A stretch of 64,000 nucleotides of DNA from Takakia lepidozioides. Lineage: Eukaryota; Plantae; Bryophyta. This document shows positions 49,690-60,919 of this stretch, piece by piece (the first letter of the stretch is position 1; each line of letters opens with the position of its first letter). Where the stretch lies: positions 24,366,001 to 24,430,000 of the forward strand of contig CM060731.1 of assembly GCA_030704615.1 (NCBI GenBank), in the 5' to 3' direction. A program made the position numbers and the translations under genes. The notes beneath the pieces were generated by a model, which did not search any database, was not told the DNA's origin, and worked only from the letters and a program-made list of their open reading frames with translations.

Positions 49690-51134
49690 TAACCAATCCA
49701 TTCATTGGCCAATCCATCCATTCACCGGTAACCAATCCATCCAATCATCGACAGCCTTACCTCACTATTTCTTATTTGTAACCACATCTCCCGCCCATCT
49801 GCTCACCACCACCACCCCGACCGCAATCTCATCACCGCCATTGTCCACAGGGCCATCTCCATAGGACACCCAGTTCATATCCTAAAGTCCATTCGCACAC
49901 TGGCATTCACGACAATGAAGAAGCAGATCTACTCGCCCAACTTGGCGCTTCCCAACCCACAGCTGAACCCACTAACGACCCTATCCACATTGCCCACACC
50001 CACCCCTTTTGGTTCATACACCCAGTACCAGACCCTCCCGCACCCAGACCCATCCGCAACCTTCTAACCACTCTTACCTGAGAAGCAAACAAACAACCTG
50101 CAGCCTCTATCAGCCATACCAAAGTACATATCCAAAAATGGACGCAATTCGAGGTAATGCACCATAAGCTCTCAAACCACTTCTGGCTAACCAAAGCTAC
50201 CACGGACGCACAAATTCGGCAAACACTAAAATTCATGTATGCCCAAATACATGGGCCACCAGCGTAAACACATATTCTAGCCACATCTATTTTTATCCCC
50301 ATACCGCCTACTATGCTCAACCACCCACCAAGCCCGCAATACCTGGCCGCACCTCCTTAGCCAATGCACACATCCAATCATACACGACCTACATATAACA
50401 CGCCATAACCACGCAGTTTGGCATCTCCATAAACTCTTTCACAGTCGTGCTGAAACCCGCTGGTTCTCACTCATTAACGTTGGCACCTGCCAGGGCCGAC
50501 CACCAGACCACACTGTTCCACCATGGCTGCTACCATGCATATGTACCCAATCCCCGTGTTCATGTCCCGCCAGATTATGCCCGGACATACTCCTTGCCCA
50601 GGGCCTACCCGTTAACGCCCTACCCCCCACCTCACCATCCCCACATATTACCATCCACTTCATTGAATTCACATTCTGTCACGACCAATACCCTTACTAC
50701 TCAATCTTTAAAAAACGACAAAAATATGCACCACTTATCCTTGCAATTAGGCGACGGGGCTGGAAAACCGGCCCTCTAACCGTCATTACCGCTGGCGCTA
50801 GAGGTGGCATCCACAATGCCAGTATCAATGGTATACACGACAACTTCAAAATTCCCATTTTCCCTATCTATAAATGTTTTAAAGCAATTCATCTCATGGC
50901 TCTCCACTCCCTCACAGCTATCATCACCAACAAACACCAATTGGAATCTGGCTCTTCAGACGCTCCCTAGGTCCCCCACGGTACCCAGGGGTACCACAGA
51001 CCCACCTTCTTCCCACCTGTCACATGGTGTCCCACATGACACCTCTCTATTATAGGGCCCACCCCCGAAAGGGGGCAGTAGCCGTAAGGCGAAGTGGCTC
51101 TTAGTTACGCCGGCTCTGGCCGGAGTCTTCTCTC
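49690..51134 (+). mobile_element. 3' end of an RLE (restriction-like endonuclease) non-LTR retrotransposon, possibly Dualen/RandI-like
   Basis: Manual translation across frameshifts gives TWPHLLSQC, RHNHAV (50401), RLCPDILL (about 50580), FIEFTF, KRQKY and ITAGARG, followed by a structured 3' UTR ending in tctctc. Confidence 0.7.
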
Positions 51135-51884
51135 GGGTAGTTGCAGGATTGGGTGGATCAAAAGCGGCACATGTTGAGTCCATTGGAAGCCCATGGATTT
51201 TATTTTTTTTGAATCTATTGCTTTCAATTTATTTAAATATATATATATATAGTAGTATATATAATATTTTTAGTAAAGAGTCCCTCCTCAAAGATTGAAA
51301 ACATTATTTACTAGATATTTTAATCTTTAATTTGAAAAAAACATTTAGACATCAAAATCTAGAGTTTACAACCACTTATCCATATACCACCTAGCACCTC
51401 TAGATTATAGGTTTGTATGTCTTTTTAGTAAGAGAAGACGCCTCAAAAATAGATGCTATGGACTAGAGCAAATCAACCTGTTTTTAGGTGCAAAATAGTC
51501 CATAGCTCTCAATTCCTAAAATAATTAGTCCACATAAAAGTGGATTTGGGTTGGGTTTAAAAATGGCACCCCTAGCGTGTTTTCCTTTCTGTCATTGTAT
51601 GAGTGTACATGATGTTTTTTCAGTCCATAAGATTTTATGTGTAACATCTACAGTCCACAGTAATCAACTTTAAAAGTCCATGGCTCTCTGGTACATGATT
51701 GTTTTTGCAATCTAACAATTGGTACATATACCTGTTGTAGTTAGAAACCCTACACCATATAAATTTAGATGAAATATTGAGTTGTTGAACAAATATGGGT
51801 ACAACCATGTAGGGAGGTCACTGCAGAAATTGCCATGTTACGCAAAAACTGAGACACCCAATCCTGCAAATACCCTCTCTCTCT

Positions 51885-52088
51885 CCATTCATTGGCTGCA
51901 TTGTTGTGAAAGTCCATGCGTAGACTAGAATCCACATGTTCAATGTTGGTCAGGGAAAACTGTTCTTGCTGCCCAAAGCATGTGATAGTCACAAGCCTAA
52001 CAATTGTCTCTGAAAAGTGATGGATGACTGGTGCCTTGGTTACAGTATCCACCCTTGTCAATTCTCATGATGTTGCAATGAAATATAC
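51885..52088 (-). pseudogene. ABCC/MRP transporter exon fragment
   Basis: tgcag|VYFIATS*ELTRVDTVTKAPVIHHFSETI...LRMDFHNNAANEW matches plant MRP TMD2 and carries an in-frame stop. Confidence 0.8.
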
Positions 52089-52339
52089 CTGCAACAGGCA
52101 TTGATTAGAAGTTAGTTTTACTTCCATATCAGCTGCTAGCAGCAAGCCAAGGATGTATGCATGATTTTTGCAGAGGCATGGACAGCTGAAGGAGCAGGGA
52201 TAGAGTGGGGGTCCAGATTCATCTAAGAGGGTCGGGTTTCAAACTCCAGATTACCTATCATTCCCTGTGGAAGGACAAGTACAAGAAACAGATGGTCAAG
52301 TGGAAGCCGCATTAGCAGTGGCACAATTGATAGCATTGG

Positions 52340-55230
52340 AGGCTTAGTTCGTGCCCCTCTGGAGCTTCGACTTGCTCTCAACCAACTGAACGATAATAAA
52401 GCACCAGGGATTGATGGGATGCCGACGGAATTCTACAAAGCGCTCTGGGACTCCATCTCAGGGGACTTTTGCAACATGGCCAACGCCATTAAGACCTCCG
52501 GGTACATGCCCGAATCCATGACTCAGGGAGTCATAACCCTCTTGCATAAAAAAGGGGACAGAGCCTGCATAGGGAACTATAGGCCAATTACTCTCCTCAA
52601 TGTAGACTACAAAATCATAGCGAAATGCCTTGCCCTTCGTCTCCAGCCGTTTCTCCCCACTATAATCCGAATAGGCCAGGCGGGTTTCATCAAGGGCAGG
52701 TACATTCTTGACAATGTTCTCCTAGCCCATGAGGCTTCTCATTATGCAGCCAGCACCAGCCAGGCTATTGCCCTTTGGCAGCTTCTTGATTTTGAAAAAG
52801 GGTTCGATAGAGTTGACTGGGATTTCCTCCAGGCAGTCCTTCGCAAAGCAAGCCTCCCAGATTCCTTCTGCTAGTGGGTTCACATCCTTCTGCAGGGGGC
52901 ATCGAGTAGGATTTCAATCAATGGGTATCTCACTAAAACCTTCCTGCTAGAGAGGTCAGTCAGGCAAGGCTGCCCCCTTGCCCCCTTCCTTTTCCTCTTT
53001 GTGGCGGACGCACTGGGCTACATGCTTGACGCCAATCTACTCGTTAATGGATTGAGGTTGCACAACCCGAAAACCCAGCTTTGGAGGCAAGTGAACGACT
53101 TTATGTTCATGGACGACAAGTTTCCTCCTCCTGGAGGCAACCCCTGAAACTTTGGGCGCTGCTGCAAAAGAGACCCATCTCACCTTTTGTGGTGTCTTAG
53201 ACGCTGGGTGGGTTAGGGATCCTAGACCCCGGTACACAAATCAAAGCCTTGCTGGGGAAATCGTTACAGAGATACCTAGGGCCCGAGGGGGGGATGGTGG
53301 AAACTGATGGTGGCCTCTTCAATCTCCAATTCCTCCCCCCTGCACACAACCGCTTGGGCTTCTTCCACCCGGTGGATTGTCCAAGGGTTTCGCCACAAAA
53401 GCGCGGGGTCACCTCTTTGGTCCTCAATCTGGGTTGCCTGGAACTGCTTCAGGCCATTTCTAAGAAAACAAGAACCATCATCTTTTCAGCAATGCTTGAG
53501 GCAACACCTCTTTCTGAACTCGGCCAACCTTTCTGTGGAAGAGAGGGGCAAAGCCAAGAGATGGGCGGCTTGGGAGACTAGAGGAATCTCCACGGTTAAG
53601 CATCTTTGGGAGAGCACCCCCTAATCACTTCAGGGGGCTCTCGGAACACGCCGGCTACGCTCTGGCATCTCACACATCATCCAATCAATCCCAGATTCAT
53701 GGAAACTACTGCTTAAAGATGGGCCACCACGGATGATGCCAAGCCATTGGGTCCTCATCAACTCCCAAACTTTCCCGGTCCTCTATCTCACTGAAGTCAC
53801 TCAACATTTTGTTGTAAGGCATATCTTCCAGCAAGACTCCTTCTATGGATCCCTTAGGCTTTCCTCCCAACATACTGACTCCTTCCCACAAGCCAATGCA
53901 TCACCAGCCTGGGTCTATCAGTGGTCTGCCAAGGCCAAGATCTTCAATCCTACGGCACCAGCAGACATGCCTATCCTTCATTGGCTTCAGCATAATAGGT
54001 CTGATATCATAGGGGGCTCTAATATCTCTTCCCTGCAAATAGACTATGTTGAGTGGAAATGGGCCTTCGGGGACAGGCTCTTGCCCTTCTTCAATTACAA
54101 TGCCAAAAGAGGTTATAGGGCTCTACTGGGGACTGCTCCGCTTCTCACCAAATGGAATGACAAATGGGCCCATGAGAGTTTCATGAATGAAAACTGGGAA
54201 ATTATCTGGTCTCAAATATAGGTGAAGCCAAAACCGGCCAAAATCAGTGCATTTCTGTGGCAGACAGCCAACAGGGTACTAAAAGTGGGACAATATTTGA
54301 ACTTTAGAGAGGCCCTGCTTTGCCAATGCTGTTACATTGGAACCATAGAATCCATTGAGCACTGTCTACTCTACTGCACAGCCCCTCACGCTATTTGGCC
54401 TCTAGTAAGAGATTTCTACAGATCTTGGAACCTCTTGCCCACCACATCATTGGCCATCCTTCTCAATTACGATCAAGGCAGCAAATCAAAGGCCCATGAC
54501 TGCCCGGTTTTTTAGTCCCTTAGAAGTTCCACTCTCTGGAACTTATGGAAATGCCGCTGTGATTGGACCCTTCAAAATGAGAACACCTCATCTTCTGCTA
54601 TTCTGACTACAGTCTTTTTTGAGCTAACAGTGGCATCTAAGAAGGCATAGGCATTACTATGTGTAGAGGTCGCCAAGAAACCTGAGCGCAAGCCTGGCCT
54701 CCTCCATACCTTCCGAGCAACGTGGGGGAAGTGCGGGATCCTTTGTAGCTGCACTGATGATCTCACTTGTGTATGGGCGGACAGAATTCCAGATTGTTGG
54801 CAGGGACACAGAGCCAGGCTCTTCAGCCTCCCCGGAGTTCGATAGATCTGACATTGATTCATCAGGCCCGCCTCGGAACTTTCACAGATAGACCACTTTT
54901 CTGGGTCCCTGTATGATCCATCCTCCTCTTCTTCCCCTCCAATATTCACCCTTTTCCTCTCATTCGTCCTCCCTCTTTCCCATCAATCTCCGAGGGTTCT
55001 ACTCCTCCAGTCCATCCCCGTCACGTTCTCTCAAAAGCCTCCAGGCTTCTCCTGCCGTTATGGCCTACTGGGTGTTAAAGTTCCAGTCATTTGCTCTGCC
55101 ATCATAAGGATTGCAATCTGAATGCTTCTTAAGTTATCCGGCATGGACCACCATGCGAACATGCCTCATGGTAGCCCTCAGGCGGAAAAGGGTTTTAATT
55201 TTTTCCCTTCAATAATCTTTTCAATAAAAT
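52340..55230 (+). mobile_element. Degenerate L1-type LINE ORF2 (RT and zf-RVT) with 3' UTR
   Basis: KAPGIDGMPTEFYK, NYRPITLLNVDYKI, LDFEKGFDRVDW, RQGCPLAP and KISAFLWQ...ESIEHCL. Related to the LINE at 3068-5544. aataaa occurs near 55223. Confidence 0.9.
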
Positions 55231-55238
55231 CAGCAGGG

Positions 55239-55307
55239 TGTCAAGTTAAATAAACACAGTGTGAAACTAACTAGAATAAATCTAGTTATTTGTATTTAAC
55301 ACTTGGA
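55239..55307 (+). repeat. LTR terminus fragment, inverted copy of 5919-5987
   Basis: tgtcaagttaaataaacacagtgtgaaactaactagaataaatctagttatttgtatttaacacttgga. Confidence 0.85.
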
Positions 55308-55767
55308 GACTTTGCAGCCTGATTCCAGGCCTAATTTCCATGTGCATTGGCGGCTATGTCCTCACACTGGAAATGTGGCTGGAATTGAATGAGTCCAGGG
55401 TGTTTTGATGCTTCTAGACCTGCACATTGAGGGCTATGCAGCCTGGCATCTGAAATTTAGGTCTGATTACCAGGCTTTTCATGCGCAAGTGTGGCTGATC
55501 TTCGGTGGAGAGGCTTTTCCCTTACCTTTGGACTGGATCCCCAGATGTAAGGGGGCTGGTGATGAAGCCATTCTAGCTCCTCTTGATACTGAGTCGACTG
55601 ATGAAGAAGAGGCTATGGGCAGTCCTGCTCCTCCCACTTGCTTCCTAGTTCTCTGCAGCTCCATTCGGTGGTTCTCCTCTTCCATCTCTACGTCTAGCCT
55701 CATTGAGAGTAAGGTGAAGGTGCTGCGCAGTGCAATCGCCCCTCAATCGCACATGGAGAGGTCATGG

Positions 55768-56035
55768 AAAGGCTCTTGTTGATCTCTGCTCCTTCCATCC
55801 TGGTTTGGCGATCATTATCAGTAGTGTCAGCCCCACGCTCACTGCCGGCAAGATCAATAAAAGAAATTTTGCCAATGACACGGTTTCCTCTTGAGTTATT
55901 GCCTTCTGCTCTCTTGATAACAAGCTGAAGGATAGCATGAGATCTGGATGACTCTTCATTGGCACCGGTGGAGTCAGTGCTGCGAGCAGAGTTGCCCTTG
56001 TCAATAAACTCCTTCACCACCTCCACATCTGACAC
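55768..56035 (-). pseudogene. Kinesin-13 motor-domain fragment in a chimeric ORF
   Basis: VSDVEVVKEFIDKGN..RST..TGANEESSRSHAILQL...GKISFIDLAGSERGADT.DNDRQTRMEGAEINKSL, truncated on both sides. Confidence 0.85.
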
Positions 56036-56590
56036 TAGGTCCGAAGATTGGTCTGAAGAGAGAGCAAGTGTAGATGACAGCTGCCCACCAGGTTTTGACA
56101 GAGTATCATCAGAGCTTGTCCCTGCATTAGGGATGGCTCGAGTGCTTGCATCACGGAAAAGAGAGCCTAAAACTGCACGCATACGTTGATGGTGTCTCAA
56201 ACAGTACACCTTGGTGGCCATTGGTAAGGGAATCTGTGAGAACTACATGGACGTGTTGGGAACTCGTAGATAACTTGGGAGCAGTTTTTAATGGCGAGAA
56301 CGTTTTGGTGTTAAAATAAAAAATAAATAAAAACCTTTTTGATCTAATTTAAATGATTTAGAGCCTAATTGGTCATATCTTTGTCAAATGGACTGCGTTT
56401 GACTCAGTTTTTGGGGGGATAGCTGCAGAAAGGGGAAATCTACCTATTTAGACCTGGTTTTAGTTTTTTGGACTCTGCTAAAAATCTATGGAATTTTTTG
56501 AGTGTGAGTGTGCTATGAAAGATCCACAATTCTGTTTCTAGAACCTGTTGTGGTCTACATGAGAGACAAATCTGGGGATGTCCTCCTTGT

Positions 56591-57340
56591 ATGGCTGTGG
56601 GAAATGAGGATGTAATTGAAGGGCAGGTCTCTTCTCTTAGCCTGTGCACACAAGGGGACAAGATTTATGTTTCTCAAGGAACTCAGACTGATTTGAGTGG
56701 AGAGCAGTTGGACGAGTTGATTGCATACTGGGAATCAGGCATTAGCAATAGACAACACACTGCTGTAGTTGGCGTTGAGGGCCTCAATATTGCTTTGGAC
56801 AATCAGAACTCTGTTGGAGCAAGCAGTTCTGCAGCTGTAGGTGAAATACCAAAGTGGGTGGAAGCTAGGCTTGGAACACAGCCAAAGACAGCCCTGGGGA
56901 CAAAGGTGTTCAGCCACAAGGCCGTGGTGCACTGGAGCAGAGGAGCGGGAGCTACACAAGTTTGTGCAATCAGACATGGTTGCAGCCAGACACGCTCTGC
57001 ACAAGGCAACCACGAGCGGGGGTTCATTAGCGAGGACAAGTTTGTTCTGTTTGAAGGCGATGCAGTCATTCGCAATGAAGACACCCGCAACCGTCTCAAA
57101 GCTTTCGAGTTGAGAGACTATCAGACCCTACCTTTGTTTTCTTTAGTGTTCAGTGAGCGGGAGATAGCAGAGTGTTGCTTTGTCTCTACCTGGCAGAAAG
57201 AGGAGGAGGGTTGGTTAGAGCGAGCTACTGTAGCTTGGGACAAGGTTAGTGGCAGGTTTCTGGACATAGACATACCTCCTACACCTTACCATCATGCAGA
57301 GCGAGGCACTTTGAGAGAAGTCTGGCAGTTGATAGCATAG
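56591..57340 (+). CDS. Hypothetical 249-aa intronless ORF upstream of the Gypsy gag
   Basis: Open ATG-to-TAG frame about 520 bp 5' of gag on the same strand; no recognisable domain. Confidence 0.35.
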   Translation: MAVGNEDVIEGQVSSLSLCTQGDKIYVSQGTQTDLSGEQLDELIAYWESGISNRQHTAVVGVEGLNIALDNQNSVGASSSAAVGEIPKWVEARLGTQPKTALGTKVFSHKAVVHWSRGAGATQVCAIRHGCSQTRSAQGNHERGFISEDKFVLFEGDAVIRNEDTRNRLKAFELRDYQTLPLFSLVFSEREIAECCFVSTWQKEEEGWLERATVAWDKVSGRFLDIDIPPTPYHHAERGTLREVWQLIA

Positions 57341-57859
57341 ATCAGAATTAGATCTTGCTTGGTCGGGCCTCTATTCATCCCCTCCCTCTCTTTACTATTT
57401 TCATTACTTTGTACTTGTAGTTGCCAAAGCCTCTCTTGGTGGAGGCCAGTCAGTCCGGGGTTTTGGGTTGGGATATTCTACAGGATCAACACTGCAGATG
57501 GATTTTGATGTGGGGGTGTTGATGTTTTGATTTCTTGTGTTTGGATCCCCCCAACACCTGCATGCTTGACTGTGCACCATGTTGGTTTTGTGTGGGTGCT
57601 TGCTTTCATAGGGATTAGGCCGGATTTGATCACCAGTCAATCCTAGAGTATGCTGTCGGTGGTGAGGCTGGAGTGATGACTAGCAAGACCACCGATGTTT
57701 CTTCTATGGTGAGTCTGGGTTGATGACCAGCCAACCATATGAGTTCTTGCGGTGGATGCAAGTGCAGGTGCCCTTAGCCACTGGGATATGACCCTTAATC
57801 CGCAACAGGTGCTCACCCGTGTCACTATTAGAATTAGTACTAGAGCCTTATAGTGTTAC

Positions 57860-60800
57860 GTGGGGGAGGTGCGGGTTGTGAGTGTCATCACGGAGTTACC
57901 CAAGGGTTTTGAGGGGAGTACGGCTACAGGCAGTAGCAATGAGATTGGGTTCACAAGACGAGGTGTTCGGTTCAGACCATCTTCACCTCCACCCTCAACT
58001 AGTGCAGAGTCTGACACAGACTCAGAGGCTTCATCAACATGTCTGCAGTTTCCTTCGCCATTGTTGTGGGACGACATGAAGGAGATGTATAGAGCTACCA
58101 AGGGGCCTCGTAGGTACTCTGGAGTTGTGGGCGCAATCAAGCTGGATGACTTTATCCAGGAGTTCGACAGCTGGTGTGATTTGCAGCAGATGCGCAATCC
58201 ACAGCTGTTCACTCCATTCATGGCGTGGAAGGGACTGTTCCAGCATTTGGAAGGTCCGCCTATGGACGATTACCACGAGTTCAAGCGAGGATATGAAGCA
58301 AAGATTGAGGAGTGGAGGACGTATTGGTCACCTGACTACGTCTCTATTACTCGAGGCACGACGCGACCAGTAGCTGCATTAGCACCAATATCTCCCACTG
58401 CCAGCACTAGTAGTGGAACAAGTAGTGCCGGTACTTCTGCAGGTGGTACCAGTTCAAAAGGTGCTACTACTCCTCCTGCCACGACTACAACACATGTGCC
58501 TAGATTCAACCCGGTGGTGGAGTTCTTCCAGGAGTTGCGGATGAACTACCAAGGCGTACGGACAGAGAAGCTGCAAAGTTTGCAAGACTTCCAGCGCAAA
58601 TCTAGTGAGAGCTTGCGAGACGCCTACACTCGTATGAGGCGCTTGATAAGTGTGACCCAAGGGGTTACTGAAGCTCAGGCAGTTCAGTTCTAGTATGGAA
58701 TTTTGGACAAAGAGCTCAGGAGAAGGGTGCGGGATGCAGCCCTGTTACAAGCGGTCCAACCCACATTAGCAGATGTGTTTCTGCTGGCTGAGCGGATTGA
58801 GCTCAACATGGTGGAGGAGCGAGTTGTTACCATTGGATTTGGCAAGAACATACCTGCACGAGGCGCAGCTGCCAACCAACAGGTACAAGGGACTGCCCAA
58901 CAGCGTGGTCAGGGGGGCGAGGTTGCCCAACCCAAATTCCATGGAGCTTATAGGGGACCTCAGGTGCAGAGGCCCGTAGCTTCTTTTGCAACCCAACAAC
59001 AACTAGGTGTGATATGTTGGACATGTGGAGGACCTCATGTCAAGAAAGATTGCCCAGAGAGTGGCAAAAGGTCACAAGCACAGCCTGCACAGTTGCAATG
59101 TGGGCATTGTGGTAAGTATGGGCATGGAGATGCCCAATGTTATGACTTGCACCTTGAGTTGCGGCGAGGCCAGTTCCAAGGGAACAATAGTGGCCGAGGG
59201 CAAGGTGGAGCACCTCAGAGAGGACGAGGTGGTCAGGCACAAGGTGCACGACGAGGGCAAGCACAGTATGGCCAAGGACGTGGAGGTCAGGGCGTTGACC
59301 AAGGCATGGCCAACCGGCTTCAGCAACTAAAGCAAAGGCTTGTTGCCATGGCCACAGCCCAGGTGGCACCAGCTCCAAGACCTGAGGGTCCACCTCCTGT
59401 TCCTCCTCAGCAGCGTCATCCTGACGGAGGAGACATGGGAGGCATGGGATTTATGTGTGGGGCAGCACTACCACTAGTGCAGGTGGAGTCTGCTGCAGCC
59501 GTCACTCGAGGAGCATCACGAGTTCCTGAGCCACGAGGTGCAGAGGTGGAGTTAGGTCCACAGCGTGGGGAGGCAAGCCGTCAAGCTAGGTTGCCTCAAT
59601 CATTCATCTTGGGGGAGACAGTGTCGACGACATCCATGGCACCTAGTTCTCGTCCGACAGATACAGAGGCCGTTAGTGTGCCATTGGGGAGAGCTACACG
59701 TGCAGCACTGACACCTACTGCCAAGGCTAGTGCAGCCAGTGTGTTGTTGGGGGCAGCAACCTCCGTGTATCAAGCCCCACTATTCTCGGCAACCATGATC
59801 GCGACGCCGGGGGTAAGACCAGCTGCAGTGTTCAGACTAATAGCAACACTCTGCGAGAGTGGGGATGTCACTTCATCTTCTGCGGAGTTGGTGGAAGGTG
59901 TAGTAGCAAAGGAATCCTCGGATTTGAGGGTCAAGACTGCCACAGCTGCGCCATGGCAAGCTGCAGCTGCCAGGTTGATGGAGCTGCCAGCTAGGCCAGC
60001 CTTTGAGCGCGCTATGGTGACACCTGGAGTTGTCTTGATAGACAACCAGGATGACATTTTCTTTTTGAGTGGACCGGCAGGCAAGAGGTGCCGGCCACTA
60101 CGGGTCTTGTTGGACTCGGGAGCTCAACCACTGATGTTGGGCAGAGCTGCTATTGCAGGTTTGGGCCTCATGGAGGCGGATATAGAGCCTTGTCCTTTCC
60201 AGATACAGACATCTCTGGGAGGATCAGAGCAGGCTCGGGGCCTGACACGGCGTGAGTTGGCCATTAGACTACAGCCGGATCATCCTATAGATGGCTCAGT
60301 GATGCGAGCTAAGGCCATTGTGACAGATGCGGTTTCTTACGATGTCCTCGTCGGTGGGGCAGTGTTATATCCCATGGGCTTCACCCTGGATTTTTGGGAG
60401 GAGTCAGCATCCTATAGGACTGGATGACAGTCAGGGGATGATCGTCATGTACAGCTCCCTGTGACATTCATTGGGGGTGTTGCTGCTGCCCAGCGGGGCA
60501 AAATGCCAACACTAGCAGTCTTCACAACTGCAGTTAGTTGGCCTGGAGAGTTGTTGGAGGGCAATGCCCATGCAGAGGATATGCCACCTCCAGCAGAGCA
60601 GGATGACATGCATGGTACGGCGGAGTTGCCTGCCATGGTTGCTCACACTCCATTGTGGGGTACGAGCAAGGATTTGCAGCAGGCTGCTGATAGACGGGTG
60701 CAACAAGCCTGGGTAGAGGCCTTCGTACCGTCAGGAGAGCAAGAGAATGCGGTGATTGCACCAGGACCACCTTAGTTGTCGCCATTGGACACCACACCTC

Positions 60801-60919
60801 TTGTGTGGTAGTGCCCGGATGAAGGCATATGCCTTCTGGACTTGTTTGGCGGGATCAGCACTGGATTGGCTGCAGTGTTGCAGGCAGGTGTACGAGTTCG
60901 ACGTTACCTGTATATAGAG
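57860..60919 (+). mobile_element. Gypsy Gag (two zinc knuckles), aspartic protease and C5-MTase motifs I-II (5' part of the MTase-carrying element)
   Basis: A single frame (57860/58703/60461) broken only by point stops. It contains the Gag core, CWTCGGPHVKKDC, CGHCGKYGHGDAQC, protease VLLDSGAQ...DVLVGG, then PDEGICLLDLFGGISTGLAAVLQAGVRVRRYLYIE (60815-60919; SAM-binding motif I and motif II Glu). Confidence 0.9.

Noticed and set aside
51055-51100. Hammerhead or HDV ribozyme call for the structured motif
   Set aside because: It lacks the CUGANGA core and the HDV P1/P3 arrangement, so it is kept only as a structured 3' UTR.
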